DNA of 64,000 nt from an uncultured Nitrososphaeraceae archaeon (GCA_963779615.1 CAVZZA010000003.1:704001-768000); one strand, 5' to 3'. Positions 34,505-45,477 are shown, counted from the stretch's first letter. Notes: a model not told the origin generated them from the sequence alone. Numbers and translations are program-made.

Positions 34505-34873
34505 ATGCATTTAAAAGACACCAGAAACAGAATAAATAAGAAGATTGACGCCAACTATAAAACCCGTCAAAAAATATTGTCAAGGATTAAAGATGTTTTA
34601 GCTATTGATTTTAACAAAATTTCAATATATAGAGATGAGATAATCATTAAATATCCTAACGTAAACACCACTGCCACAAAAAAGGAAAACGACAAAAAGG
34701 AGGACACATTGTTTAAAGTAGAAGTTCCAGATTCTCCGATAGGAAAAGCAAGGTATTATTATAAAGGGACAGAGATAGATTATCTTTCTATTGAAGAGGC
34801 CAACAATCTTGAGAAGGATTTAAAATACATTTTAGAAGAGATAGAAAAAAATACTAACGATATTATTCGTTAA
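34505..34873 (+). CDS. Hypothetical protein
   Basis: 122 aa ORF with GAAAAGTTTATAA BRE/TATA-like element upstream. Confidence 0.65.
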   Translation: MHLKDTRNRINKKIDANYKTRQKILSRIKDVLAIDFNKISIYRDEIIIKYPNVNTTATKKENDKKEDTLFKVEVPDSPIGKARYYYKGTEIDYLSIEEANNLEKDLKYILEEIEKNTNDIIR

Positions 34874-35230
34874 TAGAGCAATCGAACAAATACAAGTCAA
34901 AAGTCAAATATTTTGAAACTGATTAAATGAAAATAATTCACACTCAATGATGAGTCATTTTTTGTATTTTCATTTAATCATTCAAATTTTTATGACCACT
35001 TTCATCTTTCGCAGTCTTGAGTAATCACTACAAAAATTAATGGAGGACAACAACAACAGCATTGTTGAAAAAACTATTACTAAAATCCATAATCAATAGT
35101 TAAAAAAATTTGCAGAAGTTCAAGGGTGCCTAATGTATAAACACAAATAGGTATCCAAAAATTACCAGGATTATCCCAAAATAATTTAATTTAAATTTCC
35201 ATAAAACCATACAACAACAAGTTATTAATT

Positions 35231-36247
35231 TTGATTGAGATAAAAAACCTTTTTAAAAAATATAAAAATCTAATTGCCATAAATGATATAAACATAGAAA
35301 TTTACAATAATGAAATTTTTGGGCTTCTTGGTCCGAATGGAGCAGGCAAGACCACGTTAATCCACATTCTTGCAACCCTAATAAAACCCACATCGGGCAC
35401 TGCAATTATTAATGGATATGACGTTTCAAAGGATTCTTCAAAAGTTAGGTCCAGTATAGGCATTGTATTTCAAGCACCAAGCAGTGACGATATGCTTACA
35501 GGATATGAAAATTTAAAAATTCATTCATTTTTATACAAAGTTTCTTCCAATATCCGAGAAAGAAGAATTGATGAGGTTTTGGAACTGGTAGGTTTAACAG
35601 ACAGGAAAAATGATCAAGTGAAAAAATACTCAGGAGGTATGCGCAGGCGTCTTGAAATTGCCAGAGGACTGCTACACAAACCAAAGGTAATTTTTTTAGA
35701 CGAACCGACACTTGGCCTTGATCCAAGCAGCAGAGAAATCATGTGGAAATACATTAAAAGACTGGTTAATGAGGAAAAAATTACAATAATACTGACTACT
35801 CATTATATGGAAGAAGCAGACCTGCTGTGTGACAGAATAGGATTTATAGACAAAGGGGAAATAATTGCGGTCAATTCACCATCAAAATTAAAAGAGGACA
35901 CAGGAGGAGAAATAATCAACATTCAGTTAAAAAATTATCAAATTTCCGAAAAGGAGAAAATAGTAAACACAATAAAACATTTTGATTTTGTACATAAGAT
36001 AGAGGCTTTTGAAAAAAAAGAAAAAATAACTGTTTATGTTGATAACGCAAGCCATAACTTACCGATTATTTTAAAAAATATAGACAAAGGGAATGAACAT
36101 ACCAATATTACAGCGGTAAATTATAGAAGCCCTACATTAAATGATGTTTTTTTAAAATTCACGGGAAGAGGAATCACAGATCAACATAATAAAGATAGTG
36201 CAGAAGGCGGGTTTATGGAAAGGTATGCTCAATATGGAAAGAAATAA
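35231..36247 (+). CDS. ABC exporter ATP-binding protein (DrrA-like)
   Basis: Walker A GPNGAGKT, YSGGM signature, Walker B FLDEPT, TTHYMEEA, C-terminal PTLNDVFLKFTG. Confidence 0.95.
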   Translation: MIEIKNLFKKYKNLIAINDINIEIYNNEIFGLLGPNGAGKTTLIHILATLIKPTSGTAIINGYDVSKDSSKVRSSIGIVFQAPSSDDMLTGYENLKIHSFLYKVSSNIRERRIDEVLELVGLTDRKNDQVKKYSGGMRRRLEIARGLLHKPKVIFLDEPTLGLDPSSREIMWKYIKRLVNEEKITIILTTHYMEEADLLCDRIGFIDKGEIIAVNSPSKLKEDTGGEIINIQLKNYQISEKEKIVNTIKHFDFVHKIEAFEKKEKITVYVDNASHNLPIILKNIDKGNEHTNITAVNYRSPTLNDVFLKFTGRGITDQHNKDSAEGGFMERYAQYGKK

Positions 36248-37052
36248 AAATAGAGAAATTTGGGGTTTTAACCTTGATCTTGAACTGGGTAAACTGTATG
36301 CGATTTGGTTAAGAGAGTTCAAGGTCTTTTTAAGAGAAAAAAGCAGGCTTGTTGCATCTACATTTACCCCACTGTTATGGTTATTTGTTCTTGGAGGAGG
36401 ATTAGGATCAGCGGTATCAACCACCGCTGTCCCATCCAATACGTCAAATATGGATTATCAAGAATTTATTTTCCCGGGGATAGTCATCATGTCAGTCATA
36501 TTTTCTTCAGTTTTTTTTGGTGCATATATAATATGGGACAGAAAATTCGACTTTCTCAAAAGTGTTATGGTCGCCCCGGTTAGAAGAAGCACGATCTTTT
36601 TAGGTAAAACTTTTGGAGGAATGACCACGTCATTAATCCAGGCTTTCATATTGTTAGCAATAGGTGTACTAATTGGAATAAACTACACAGTGGAGTCAGT
36701 AATATCATTTGTTGTAATAGTTTTAATGCTATCATTTGCGTTAACCTCCCTTGGTTTAGCCATTGGTAGCTATATGGAAAGTTTGGAAGGATTTCAATTA
36801 ATAGTAAGCTTTGTAGCGTTTCCAATTTATTTTCTTAGCGGAGCATTGTTTCCATTGGACAATATTCCATTATGGTTATCAATCCTAACCAGCATCAATC
36901 CCGCCACATATGCTGTTGAGGCATTAAGAAACTCCATGCTCGGAATCCCCGGAAAAAATTTATTTATTGTCAACATTGGGGTTCTCTTGATAACTAGTAT
37001 AGCGTTAGGAGTAGTTGGGGTATTGTCTTTTAAAAGAATGAAAGCTGTATAA
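36234..37052 (+). CDS. ABC-2 type transporter permease
   Basis: WLREFK, FIFPG, DRKFDFLK..VAPV, FLSGALFP, INPATYAVEALR; six TM; overlaps ATPase stop. Confidence 0.93.
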   Translation: MERNKNREIWGFNLDLELGKLYAIWLREFKVFLREKSRLVASTFTPLLWLFVLGGGLGSAVSTTAVPSNTSNMDYQEFIFPGIVIMSVIFSSVFFGAYIIWDRKFDFLKSVMVAPVRRSTIFLGKTFGGMTTSLIQAFILLAIGVLIGINYTVESVISFVVIVLMLSFALTSLGLAIGSYMESLEGFQLIVSFVAFPIYFLSGALFPLDNIPLWLSILTSINPATYAVEALRNSMLGIPGKNLFIVNIGVLLITSIALGVVGVLSFKRMKAV

Positions 37053-37724
37053 GTCTGATGACATAAATTTCAAAATACTTTGTTGCAGGTTTTGCTCATT
37101 TAATAGAAGCCCATAGATTAAAGATACTATAGATTCTTTCTGAGATTTAAAACATAATAGTCCTTTTCAAACCATATTTGTTATAGGGTATCCCAGTAGT
37201 TTTAACCTTACAATTAAGAAGAAACCGCACAATTAAGAAGAAGAAGGCATCTAAAAGACCATCATCTTGGCTTGTTAAATTAAATCAACTCTAGTTCAAA
37301 AAACCAGAAACTATACAAAAAAAGTGCGATCCTTAAAAGATACATGTATAAGAAATGGAAAATCAGAATATCATTTTGTATTTAAAAAGGTAAAACACCA
37401 ATCAGAGTTGGGGGTGACTTCGACACATTTTGGTTATCATGATAGTGCTACAGAGGAACAAAAAGACAAAGAGATTCTTTTTTAAAAAAAAACACATCAG
37501 TGTAAAGAATAATCCCATCACAGAGAAATTTATTTATGGTATATCAAACGCACGGTAACACTTACATTTGGTTATTGACTCAAACTATATAACCTATTCA
37601 TTAAAAAGTATATTATACATAGTTAAAATTTAAAATAATTTTAATGGAGAATATATATCTTTTATATATTCCAAACTAGATCAAGATGGTTTATCTTTAT
37701 AAAAACATCTATAGACTATACACA

Positions 37725-37856
37725 TTATCTTCTTGGTTTTTGACTTGAGAAGACTCTTCTATGGGACGTGGCGCAATATCCACAATATTCCAGAATACCA
37801 GCTTTGCCATGGCACATACATTCACATTTGTTTCCTGATGAAAATTTTTGTTTCAT
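37725..37856 (-). CDS. Cys/His-rich microprotein (CxCxCH..CxxC..H), 43 aa, not in ORF track
   Basis: MKQKFSSGNKCECMCHGKAGILEYCGYCATSHRRVFSSQKPRR*; TTATAA about 25 bp upstream on the minus strand. Confidence 0.6.
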   Translation of the reverse strand: MKQKFSSGNKCECMCHGKAGILEYCGYCATSHRRVFSSQKPRR

Positions 37857-38547
37857 AATTTTATTTGATCTTTAGGTCTTATAACAATATGCCAAGATTT
37901 GACTTGTATATTCTGATGGCTACACAATACAAATTATGATCAGCAGAATCAAAAAAAACAGTATCAACTAATTAATAAAAGTAGTCATTTGAGTACAAAA
38001 ACGTTATATTGATACTTTAATGATCTTGCACCTTTAAAACGGTGATAGCCATCAACATCTTATAATCAACTAAATAAAAAACATGATTCCAATCATTATC
38101 TTGATAAATTTTCAATTGCGTTTCATGAAAACCAAAGGGTATATGTGCATGCCAAGTTTATAAAATCACATGTTATTTTATTATTGATTCATACAATTTG
38201 TTTACACAGATAAATAAATCAGGCATCAAACAATTTTTTATGATAATAGGAGTTTTATATTCTTACACCTACAGACCCATTTAAACACATATTATGGTAC
38301 AAAAACAATTCGACACTGATAGATATAGTTCAAATCAAAACATATTGTTTAGTGCAACCTTATATCAATTAGACACCTTTACCATCCAAACCCTAAATAT
38401 AAAGAATTGCAGATCAGTAAACATGACCTTGAAAGGATCTTTGTTCTGAAATACTATAATCGTTTACAACATAAATAAATTGTTAACATATCATTTGACC
38501 TGTTTACCATGGAACGCCATATCAATGAATAATTTTTATAGCGTGTT

Positions 38548-38889
38548 GTGTTTAATATAATTAGATATTTTTTGATTCAAAATAGTTATCCTCTAAAAAA
38601 ATGGCATATAGAAAACATGGAAAAGACAATAATAAAATATGTAAAAGGTCTCCCAGTGGATGCAACTAGATGGGAAATTAGAAAAAATAAAAAATATGGC
38701 AAGCTGTCCAACATAGTTAGAAATATAAACTATGATATAAAACATGGGGTTACCAATGAACAGGTATTAGAGGTTTTTTTAAGAATTCGCAATGAACCTT
38801 TGTTTTTAGATTTACAAAATAACATAGAGGCCATGAACAGACTCGGAGACCTAGAAAGACAATTGAAAAGCGAAGAACTTATTGGATAA
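38548..38889 (+). CDS. Hypothetical helical protein
   Basis: 113 aa ORF (GTG start), TTTTTATA just upstream. Confidence 0.6.
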   Translation: MFNIIRYFLIQNSYPLKKWHIENMEKTIIKYVKGLPVDATRWEIRKNKKYGKLSNIVRNINYDIKHGVTNEQVLEVFLRIRNEPLFLDLQNNIEAMNRLGDLERQLKSEELIG

Positions 38890-39142
38890 AAACTCAATTT
38901 ATTTGTTATTACCCATATATATTTCTTGAGCAATTATAAGCTTATTAAGCATAAATTTTTCAATCAGTGTTCACATACAAGTCCTATGAAGGCTATGATT
39001 TGTTGATAAACAACAACTCTTTTAAAATTTTTTTATGGGTTAATTGTATGCAAAGATCTTTTCTCTCACCAACAGCAAAAAAATTACCCATTTAACAATA
39101 TGGAAAGATGAACATAAAAATACAGATAATAAAGGAATAAAA

Positions 39143-39691
39143 TCATAACATCAAGATGACTGGGCTTATTACAGTAGTCCACAATTCATCTTTATGTCCT
39201 TCTGCAGATTGTGTAATATTTTGTGTTTTGTAAATTCTTCCTGAAAGTCTCCATTGTTCTTCTCTCTGATCCCAATTAAGTAATGAATCACTAGGCAAGC
39301 CCAAAGTAGTAGCAAGCATTTCCATGGCAATATCATCGGCATAATCACCAGCTTTTTGAGCGGTTTCACCGGTAGAATGATGTTCCGACAAATAACCATG
39401 ACGTGTATCATCGGCAGGTCTTGCCAAACCAATAGATGTAGCAATTAGTCGGTTTGGCTCATTGGTTTCAGAACGATTCATAACTGCAAAAACAATTTGC
39501 CCAGGCATTAGGTATTTCCTTCCCTCTTGCCTTGACACTGTTTTGCACTGTGTGGGTTTAATGCTAGATACAGAGACTAGATTCAGATCAGCTATTTCTG
39601 CGTAACGTAATGCCAACTCAAAGCTTGTAAGTCAATCTGTATGTGTGCCTTTCCCTTTTGTTAAAAACATTATTTTCGGGATAAACAACAT
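39143..39691 (-). pseudogene. pdaD: Pyruvoyl-dependent arginine decarboxylase with in-frame TGA at codon 20
   Basis: [45 protein letters not shown]...HGYLSEHH; TGA at 39632-39634; Ser-Ser cleavage site retained. Confidence 0.85.
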
Positions 39692-40156
39692 GGGCCCATC
39701 CTTACAGATCATATTTTCTACCATTTATAACAATAGGTACAACGAATGGATTTGATCATTGGCAAGACCTTCATCGCAGGTATATTCTCACCATCAACAA
39801 ATAGTGTATAAAGAAAAAAGGTGTGACATTATCTGCAGTATTCATCCCGTGCGACGAGAAAGTTATGTTATCACACAATAAACGACTCGTCGTAATTTAA
39901 TTGAGTCAGTTTCTAAATAAATGAATAAATAGCCATTATAATCGCTAACCGATTTATCTAGCTCTTCCTTTTTTAATGAATTTAATGTTTGTTAATCAAA
40001 ACCTTATCAAAATACACATATTAATATTAAATATTATTTACAAACATATTCAATTTTATTAAATATTTTATATAATTTTTAAAAATACGTTAAAATATTA
40101 TACAAATGAAAAATAAAGTTAAAATATTTGTTGACTTTTATAATTACTGACTATAA

Positions 40157-42166
40157 TTGGTTATAGACGATAGAGTTCACTTGGTAGATAATCAAGATAA
40201 TTTAAGCGGAGATATCTCTAATAAAAATACAGACAACATTAAAAAAAATAGCGCCATAAAAGACAGCATAAATATTAATAAAGACCATTTACACAATCTT
40301 GACCCCAACATTAGGAATTCTATTGAAGAATTTATAAAAAATCTAAATGGTCATCTAAGTGACATTCAAATAACAAAAGAGCAAAAAAAATCAATAGAAA
40401 AGCAAATTGAAGAAATAGCCAAAGAAATTCCTTCATACAAAAAAATTCAAAATGATTTCTCAGAAGACTCTGTAAAATCATCAAACGAAAGCAATAGTGA
40501 TCCTGTTGCATGCTTTGACAGATCTGCCGAAGTAAAGCAACTAACAGACGATGAACATTATAACAAGGGCCTGTCGCTTTATTATCAGGGAAACTTCAGC
40601 GAGGCCATTGCGTGCTACGACAGGGCTATTGAGATAAACCCAGAGAACGCTGACGCATACAGCAACAAGGGCCTGTCGCTTTATTATCAGGGAAACTACA
40701 GCGAGGCCATTGCGTGCTACGACAGGGCTATTGAGATAGACCCACAGAACTCTGACGCGCATTACAACAAGGGTATAATTTTAGCCTACATTGGGGACAA
40801 CAACGAGGCCATTGCGTGCTACGACAATGCTCTTGAGGTAAACCCACAGAACGCTGACGCGCATTACAACAAGGGTACAATTTTAGCCTCCCGTGGGGAC
40901 AACAACGAGGCCATTGCGTGCTACGACAGGGCTATTGAGATAAACCCACATAATGCTCATGTGTTTAATAACAAGGGCCTGTCGCTTTATTATCAGGGAA
41001 ACAACAGCGAGGCCATTGCGTGCTACGACAGGGCTATTGAGATAGACCCACAGTTTTCATGTGCACATAACAACAAGGGCCTGTCGCTTTACTACCTTGG
41101 GGACAACAACGAGGCCATTGCGTGCTACGACAGGGCTATTGAGATAAGCCCACATAATGCTCATGTGTATTACAACAAGGGACTATCACTAGCATCCATT
41201 GAAAAATTCACAGAGGCCATTGCGTGCTACGACAATGCTCTTGAGGTAAACCCACAGAACGCTGACGCGCATTACAACAAGGGACTATCACTAGCATCCA
41301 TTGGGGACAACATCGAGGCCATTGCGTGCTACGACAGGGCTATTGAGATAGACCCACAGAACGCTCATGTCTATTACAACAAGGGTACAATTTTAGCCTC
41401 CCGTGGGGACAACATCGAGGCCATTGCGTGCTACGACAGGGCTATTGAGATAGACCCACAGAACGCTGACGCGCATTACAACAAGGGACTATCACTAGCA
41501 TCCATTGGGGACAACATCGAGGCCATTGCGTGCTACGACAGGGCTATTGAGATAGACCCACAGAACGCTGACGCGCATTACAACAAGGGACTATCACTAG
41601 CATCCATTGGGGACAACATCGAGGCCATTGCGTGCTACGACAGGGCTATTGAGATAGACCCACAGAACGCTGACGCGCATTACAACAAGGGACTATCACT
41701 AGCATCCATTGAAAAATTCACAGAGGCCATTGCGTGCTACGATAAGGCTCTTGAAATAGAATCAGACAATGTCAGTGCCCTAAACAAAAAGGCATGGTAC
41801 CTTGCCAACTATTTTCCGGAAAGACTGAACGAAGCTTCAGAAACGATCAAAAAAGCAATGGGTTTGGATCCTACCAACAGTAACGTAATTCATACATATG
41901 GATATACCTTGGATAAGCTCAAAACATATAAAGAAGCAGTTGTAGTTTATGAACACATCCTAAAACAAACACCATCGTTTCCAAATGTTTGGTATGATTG
42001 CGCCAGGTCAAAAATAAAATTAGATGATAAAAACATACAAAGCTGTATCAATGATCTACAAAAAGCAATCGAATTGAACCCCACCTATAAAGAAAAAGCT
42101 AGATATGAAATAGATTTTGAAAACATCAAAAACAACCCTGATTTTAAAAGAATAATAGAAGTATAA
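40157..42166 (+). CDS. Tetratricopeptide-repeat protein with 12 near-identical 34-aa TPRs
   Basis: Repeated YNKG...EAIACYDRAIEIDP units followed by diverged TPRs and a capping motif. Confidence 0.93.
   Translation: MVIDDRVHLVDNQDNLSGDISNKNTDNIKKNSAIKDSININKDHLHNLDPNIRNSIEEFIKNLNGHLSDIQITKEQKKSIEKQIEEIAKEIPSYKKIQNDFSEDSVKSSNESNSDPVACFDRSAEVKQLTDDEHYNKGLSLYYQGNFSEAIACYDRAIEINPENADAYSNKGLSLYYQGNYSEAIACYDRAIEIDPQNSDAHYNKGIILAYIGDNNEAIACYDNALEVNPQNADAHYNKGTILASRGDNNEAIACYDRAIEINPHNAHVFNNKGLSLYYQGNNSEAIACYDRAIEIDPQFSCAHNNKGLSLYYLGDNNEAIACYDRAIEISPHNAHVYYNKGLSLASIEKFTEAIACYDNALEVNPQNADAHYNKGLSLASIGDNIEAIACYDRAIEIDPQNAHVYYNKGTILASRGDNIEAIACYDRAIEIDPQNADAHYNKGLSLASIGDNIEAIACYDRAIEIDPQNADAHYNKGLSLASIGDNIEAIACYDRAIEIDPQNADAHYNKGLSLASIEKFTEAIACYDKALEIESDNVSALNKKAWYLANYFPERLNEASETIKKAMGLDPTNSNVIHTYGYTLDKLKTYKEAVVVYEHILKQTPSFPNVWYDCARSKIKLDDKNIQSCINDLQKAIELNPTYKEKARYEIDFENIKNNPDFKRIIEV
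40556..41760 (+). repeat. 12 x 102-bp coding tandem repeat
   Basis: Invariant GAGGCCATTGCGTGCTACGA at 40601, 40703, 40805, 40907, 41009, 41111, 41213, 41315, 41417, 41519, 41621 and 41723. Confidence 0.95.
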
Positions 42167-42351
42167 CTTTAAATTTATTTTTTTATCAATCAGGATTATT
42201 TGATCCAAACGCACATCCAAATAAAGAAATAAATGAATAATTATACCATTTAAAAAATATTTTTTCATATTTTTAATTTTATTATTGTAATGCATAAAAC
42301 TAAAAATATATTAAGGCAAAATTTTGCCATCGAGAAGACACACCTTCTTCA

Positions 42352-43032
42352 TTATTTCATTTCTTCAGTAACTTTATCATCATATTTTATTTGCTCATTG
42401 ACTATCACATCAGTAATCGTTCTTGTTTCAGTAATTGGTTTCTTTTTTATTACAACTTCTTCCTTAACATACGAGTGTTTGTTGATTACTGGCTCTTCTC
42501 GTTTTAGATTAATTATTATCTCTGTTTTGGATTGTACTGGATTTTCCACTGATGTAGAAGACGAGGACGACTCATTTATTGAAGGTATCCGCTCTATCGT
42601 TATTTCTTCATGGGTTAACTCTATATCAACTTTCTTTATTTCTTTTACTGGCTCCTTTACTATCTTTACTTTATTTTCGGTAAGTCTTTTTGAGACTTCG
42701 AGATTTTCGCCCATTACGGGAATCTTTGTTTCTAGCTCTTTTGACATATCAGAGGATTTGAATGAGGAATACCCATCAAATTTCAAACCTTCTGTTTCCC
42801 TATACCCATCAAGATCATTGTCTGTTATGTTCAGCCTTAGAACAGATCCATCGAAACTAGTCACGGACTTTTTTGGCAAATAGTATTTTTTTTTATTTAT
42901 AATCCCTTTTTGTGTTATGATATATGTTGTTCCGACTTCTCTAACTTCGCCAAGGTCCTCTCCATTCAAGCCTATGGCTTCTTTTTTTACAACATTATCC
43001 CAATCTATACCATTTCCGTTATTTTTAGACAT
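42352..43032 (-). CDS. PRC-barrel-like + YsnF/AvaK (DUF2382) domain protein
   Basis: IPVMGENLEVSKR, VKEPVKE...V.IELTHEEITIER, REEPVINK..YVKEEVVIKK; paralogue of 46534-47295. Confidence 0.85.
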   Translation of the reverse strand: MSKNNGNGIDWDNVVKKEAIGLNGEDLGEVREVGTTYIITQKGIINKKKYYLPKKSVTSFDGSVLRLNITDNDLDGYRETEGLKFDGYSSFKSSDMSKELETKIPVMGENLEVSKRLTENKVKIVKEPVKEIKKVDIELTHEEITIERIPSINESSSSSTSVENPVQSKTEIIINLKREEPVINKHSYVKEEVVIKKKPITETRTITDVIVNEQIKYDDKVTEEMK

Positions 43033-43046
43033 ATATATGGTAATGA

Positions 43047-43225
43047 GGCTCTGTTCACTTAAGCATTTACCTGTTTTATATTTGTCTAAATGAAATGGTT
43101 TTTGAAATCCAAAAAATTCAATTTTAATAAATTAAGGACAGTTTAACCCGAATTCTCTTCAAATATTTTTAATTACTATATTCACAATAAAAAAGGCAAT
43201 TAATTTTTCTTAAGTGAACAGAGCC
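43047..43225. mobile_element. 179-bp putative MITE with perfect 17-bp TIRs (IS6/IS5-like GGCTCTGTT end)
   Basis: GGCTCTGTTCACTTAAG at 43047-43063 and CTTAAGTGAACAGAGCC at 43209-43225; AT-rich noncoding interior; flanks GGTAATGA / ATTAATTA (5/8 match). Confidence 0.65.
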
Positions 43226-43351
43226 ATTAATTATTCATAATTCTATTTAACCGATGCACATTAAATACCCAACATTTTTATAAACAGATTTTAATGCTCG
43301 ACATTCACCAAAGAATTATTTGGTTCTTTCTTTCTTCCCAATGTAGGTTTT

Positions 43352-43975
43352 TTAGATTATCTCCTCTTTATGAAAATTGGGTTGGTGTATGGTTAACTTT
43401 TCTGATGTTAATTCTACATCCACTTCTTTTGTTTCAGTAACTTCATATTTTTTTACAATAAACTCCCCCAGCTTTACCATCCTCTTATTAATGATTATTT
43501 CCTCACCCCATATTGTTATGACATTTTCAGTTTTTAAATTCCTTTTATCGTTAGTCAGGGGCATTGTTTTTCCGCCCCCGATGTTTTGTCTATCGTTTAA
43601 TAAACTGTATTCTGGGTCATAATGTTTCATTTTTAAAGTATCTTTTGGGGCATCTTCTTTATTGTCAGAGTGAATTAAAACATGTTTAATTTTGTCTTTT
43701 ATTTTTGTAAATATTTTGACAGCATCCCTCTCAATATGAGAATCAATCTTTTTTCCGTCCATGTAAATTTCTTCGTATTTTACAGGTATCTCGATTTTCT
43801 TTGTAGCTGTCGTCCACCTCTTCTCAATACTTACTTGCCCCTCTTTTGTTTGCTTTGTAAGTGTAAATTTTTCGCCTATTAATGGAATTCTTTGTACTAT
43901 TTTACTACCATACAAAAAAGGATTGCTATTGTCAGCACTTTCCGAGGATTTGTCAGAATCTAAGTTATTTGTCAT
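43352..43975 (-). CDS. YsnF/AvaK (DUF2382) domain protein
   Basis: IPLIGEKFTLTK, KKIEIPVKYEEIY, IWGEEIIINKRMVKLGE..VKK; paralogue of 45800-46474. Confidence 0.8.
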   Translation of the reverse strand: MTNNLDSDKSSESADNSNPFLYGSKIVQRIPLIGEKFTLTKQTKEGQVSIEKRWTTATKKIEIPVKYEEIYMDGKKIDSHIERDAVKIFTKIKDKIKHVLIHSDNKEDAPKDTLKMKHYDPEYSLLNDRQNIGGGKTMPLTNDKRNLKTENVITIWGEEIIINKRMVKLGEFIVKKYEVTETKEVDVELTSEKLTIHQPNFHKEEII

Positions 43976-44801
43976 ATACGTATTGATTGATGATCATTAT
44001 TTATAATCATTATATTAGATATGCAATAAAAATAACTGCTTGTAGCAAAATTAAAAAACATTTATAATTATTTAGTTTGTGAACTATACTTCTTGAATTT
44101 GTTTTCCATTTTTCAGTTAAATTTTTCTGATGACAAAAATTGAATGTTTAATCGATTTGGACTTTATCACCAAGGGGTATTCAGCTCCTTCCCGTACTTC
44201 TTCTTTAACTGAAGAACCTACACTTATTTTTCCGGATGGGTCTTCCTTTATTTTAATCAATTACAATAATTGCACTAAAGTATTAATTAATGTTTAAGAA
44301 TATTCTAGGTTAATAATTTATTTAATTAATGATCTAAATGAGATTATATACACAGACAACAAATCTTTTTTCAGCGCCATTCTAGATAACTGTTAATAAA
44401 GATTATCCAAAATGACCTTTAAATAATATCAGTTAGTCAAAATTTACCTTAACTGGCATTCTGATACGCCAAGGAGAACAATAGGATAAGGGTATTGCTA
44501 AAAATCAATTGTAATTTTTACTATACCGATAAAAAACAATACTAAAAGCATTGGTTTAGTTTTGTAATAATAATTTATTGAGTGCTTATCTGAATTAAAT
44601 TAAAAGGTAAAACGTATGTGTTTCTAGGTTTTTTAAAACATATTGATAAAAACTAACGATAATAACAAACCAAGTAACAAGGCGGTAAAAACAATGAAAG
44701 GAATTTATTTTGTTGTAACAGTTTTGTTGGAAGAAAAATAAACATCTTCTTCTTTTTATGATATTTTATCAATAAATAAATAGCAACTGTATTATAAGTT
44801 C

Positions 44802-45477
44802 CTACTCTACATAAGAGGTATTGATTTTCTTGGATGTTACTCCCTCAGATACTTACCTTGTTTCGGTTACGGGATTCTTTTTTACTGTCACTCCCTCTTT
44901 AACATAGGGTGTTTTTGATACGTTCACTTCCTCTTTCTTTAATGGTACCCTCATATCCTCTTTTGATTTCAAAGGCTTTCCATCTTCTGTTTGTCCACTT
45001 GGAGGCCTTCTATCAATAGTTACCGCTTCATGAGTTACAGGAACCTCAACTGTTTTTGTTTCAGTAATTGGCTCTAGTTATTCTAGCTGGCTTTCCTGAG
45101 TGTTCTTGGATAGGACCTATCTTTTCTTCTGTCAAGGGTATTGTTTCCTCTCCTTTTTTTGCTTGTTGTTGTTGAGTTCCTTCATTTTTCAAGTCAGTGG
45201 TAGTAGAAGAGGAATATTGCCCTTGTGGAGGAGTTGGCGGTGAATCTCAGGTGTACACTTATTCGCCATTTACTCTCTGGATAGGTTAAATCTGAGAACA
45301 GAACCATAATAACTTGCTGGTTTTATCGTGTGGAATGTAGAATTTTTCTTTATTTATTATGCATCCTTGGACCAAAGCATAACCATCTTCTACATCTTGC
45401 ACATCCCCTAAATCTTCATCATTACTACCTCTAGGTTCTTTTTTTATAGTGTAATTCCAGATGATATCAAAACTCAC
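44802..45477 (-). pseudogene. Degenerate PRC-barrel-like + YsnF/AvaK gene
   Basis: Fragments IKKEPRGSNDEDLGDVQ..KEKFYIP, YGSVLRF, ETIPLTEEK and PITETKTVEVPVTHEAVTIDRRP..KKEEVNVSKTPYVKE, with frameshifts and stops. Confidence 0.85.

Noticed and set aside
39632-39634. Selenocysteine recoding of the TGA in pdaD
   Set aside because: The position is not a Cys/catalytic site in this family, no SECIS-like hairpin was recognised, and other degenerative substitutions are present.
40556-41760. CRISPR array or bona fide diversity-generating retroelement
   Set aside because: Units are in-frame 102-bp coding repeats with recurring rather than unique inter-repeat sequence. No cas or reverse transcriptase gene is in the window, and many variants are at non-adenine positions.
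42290-42883. 197-aa plus-strand ORF, and similar shadows such as 46782-47270, 32318-32725, 56912-57340 and 2650-3036
   Set aside because: Antisense shadows of well-supported genes.
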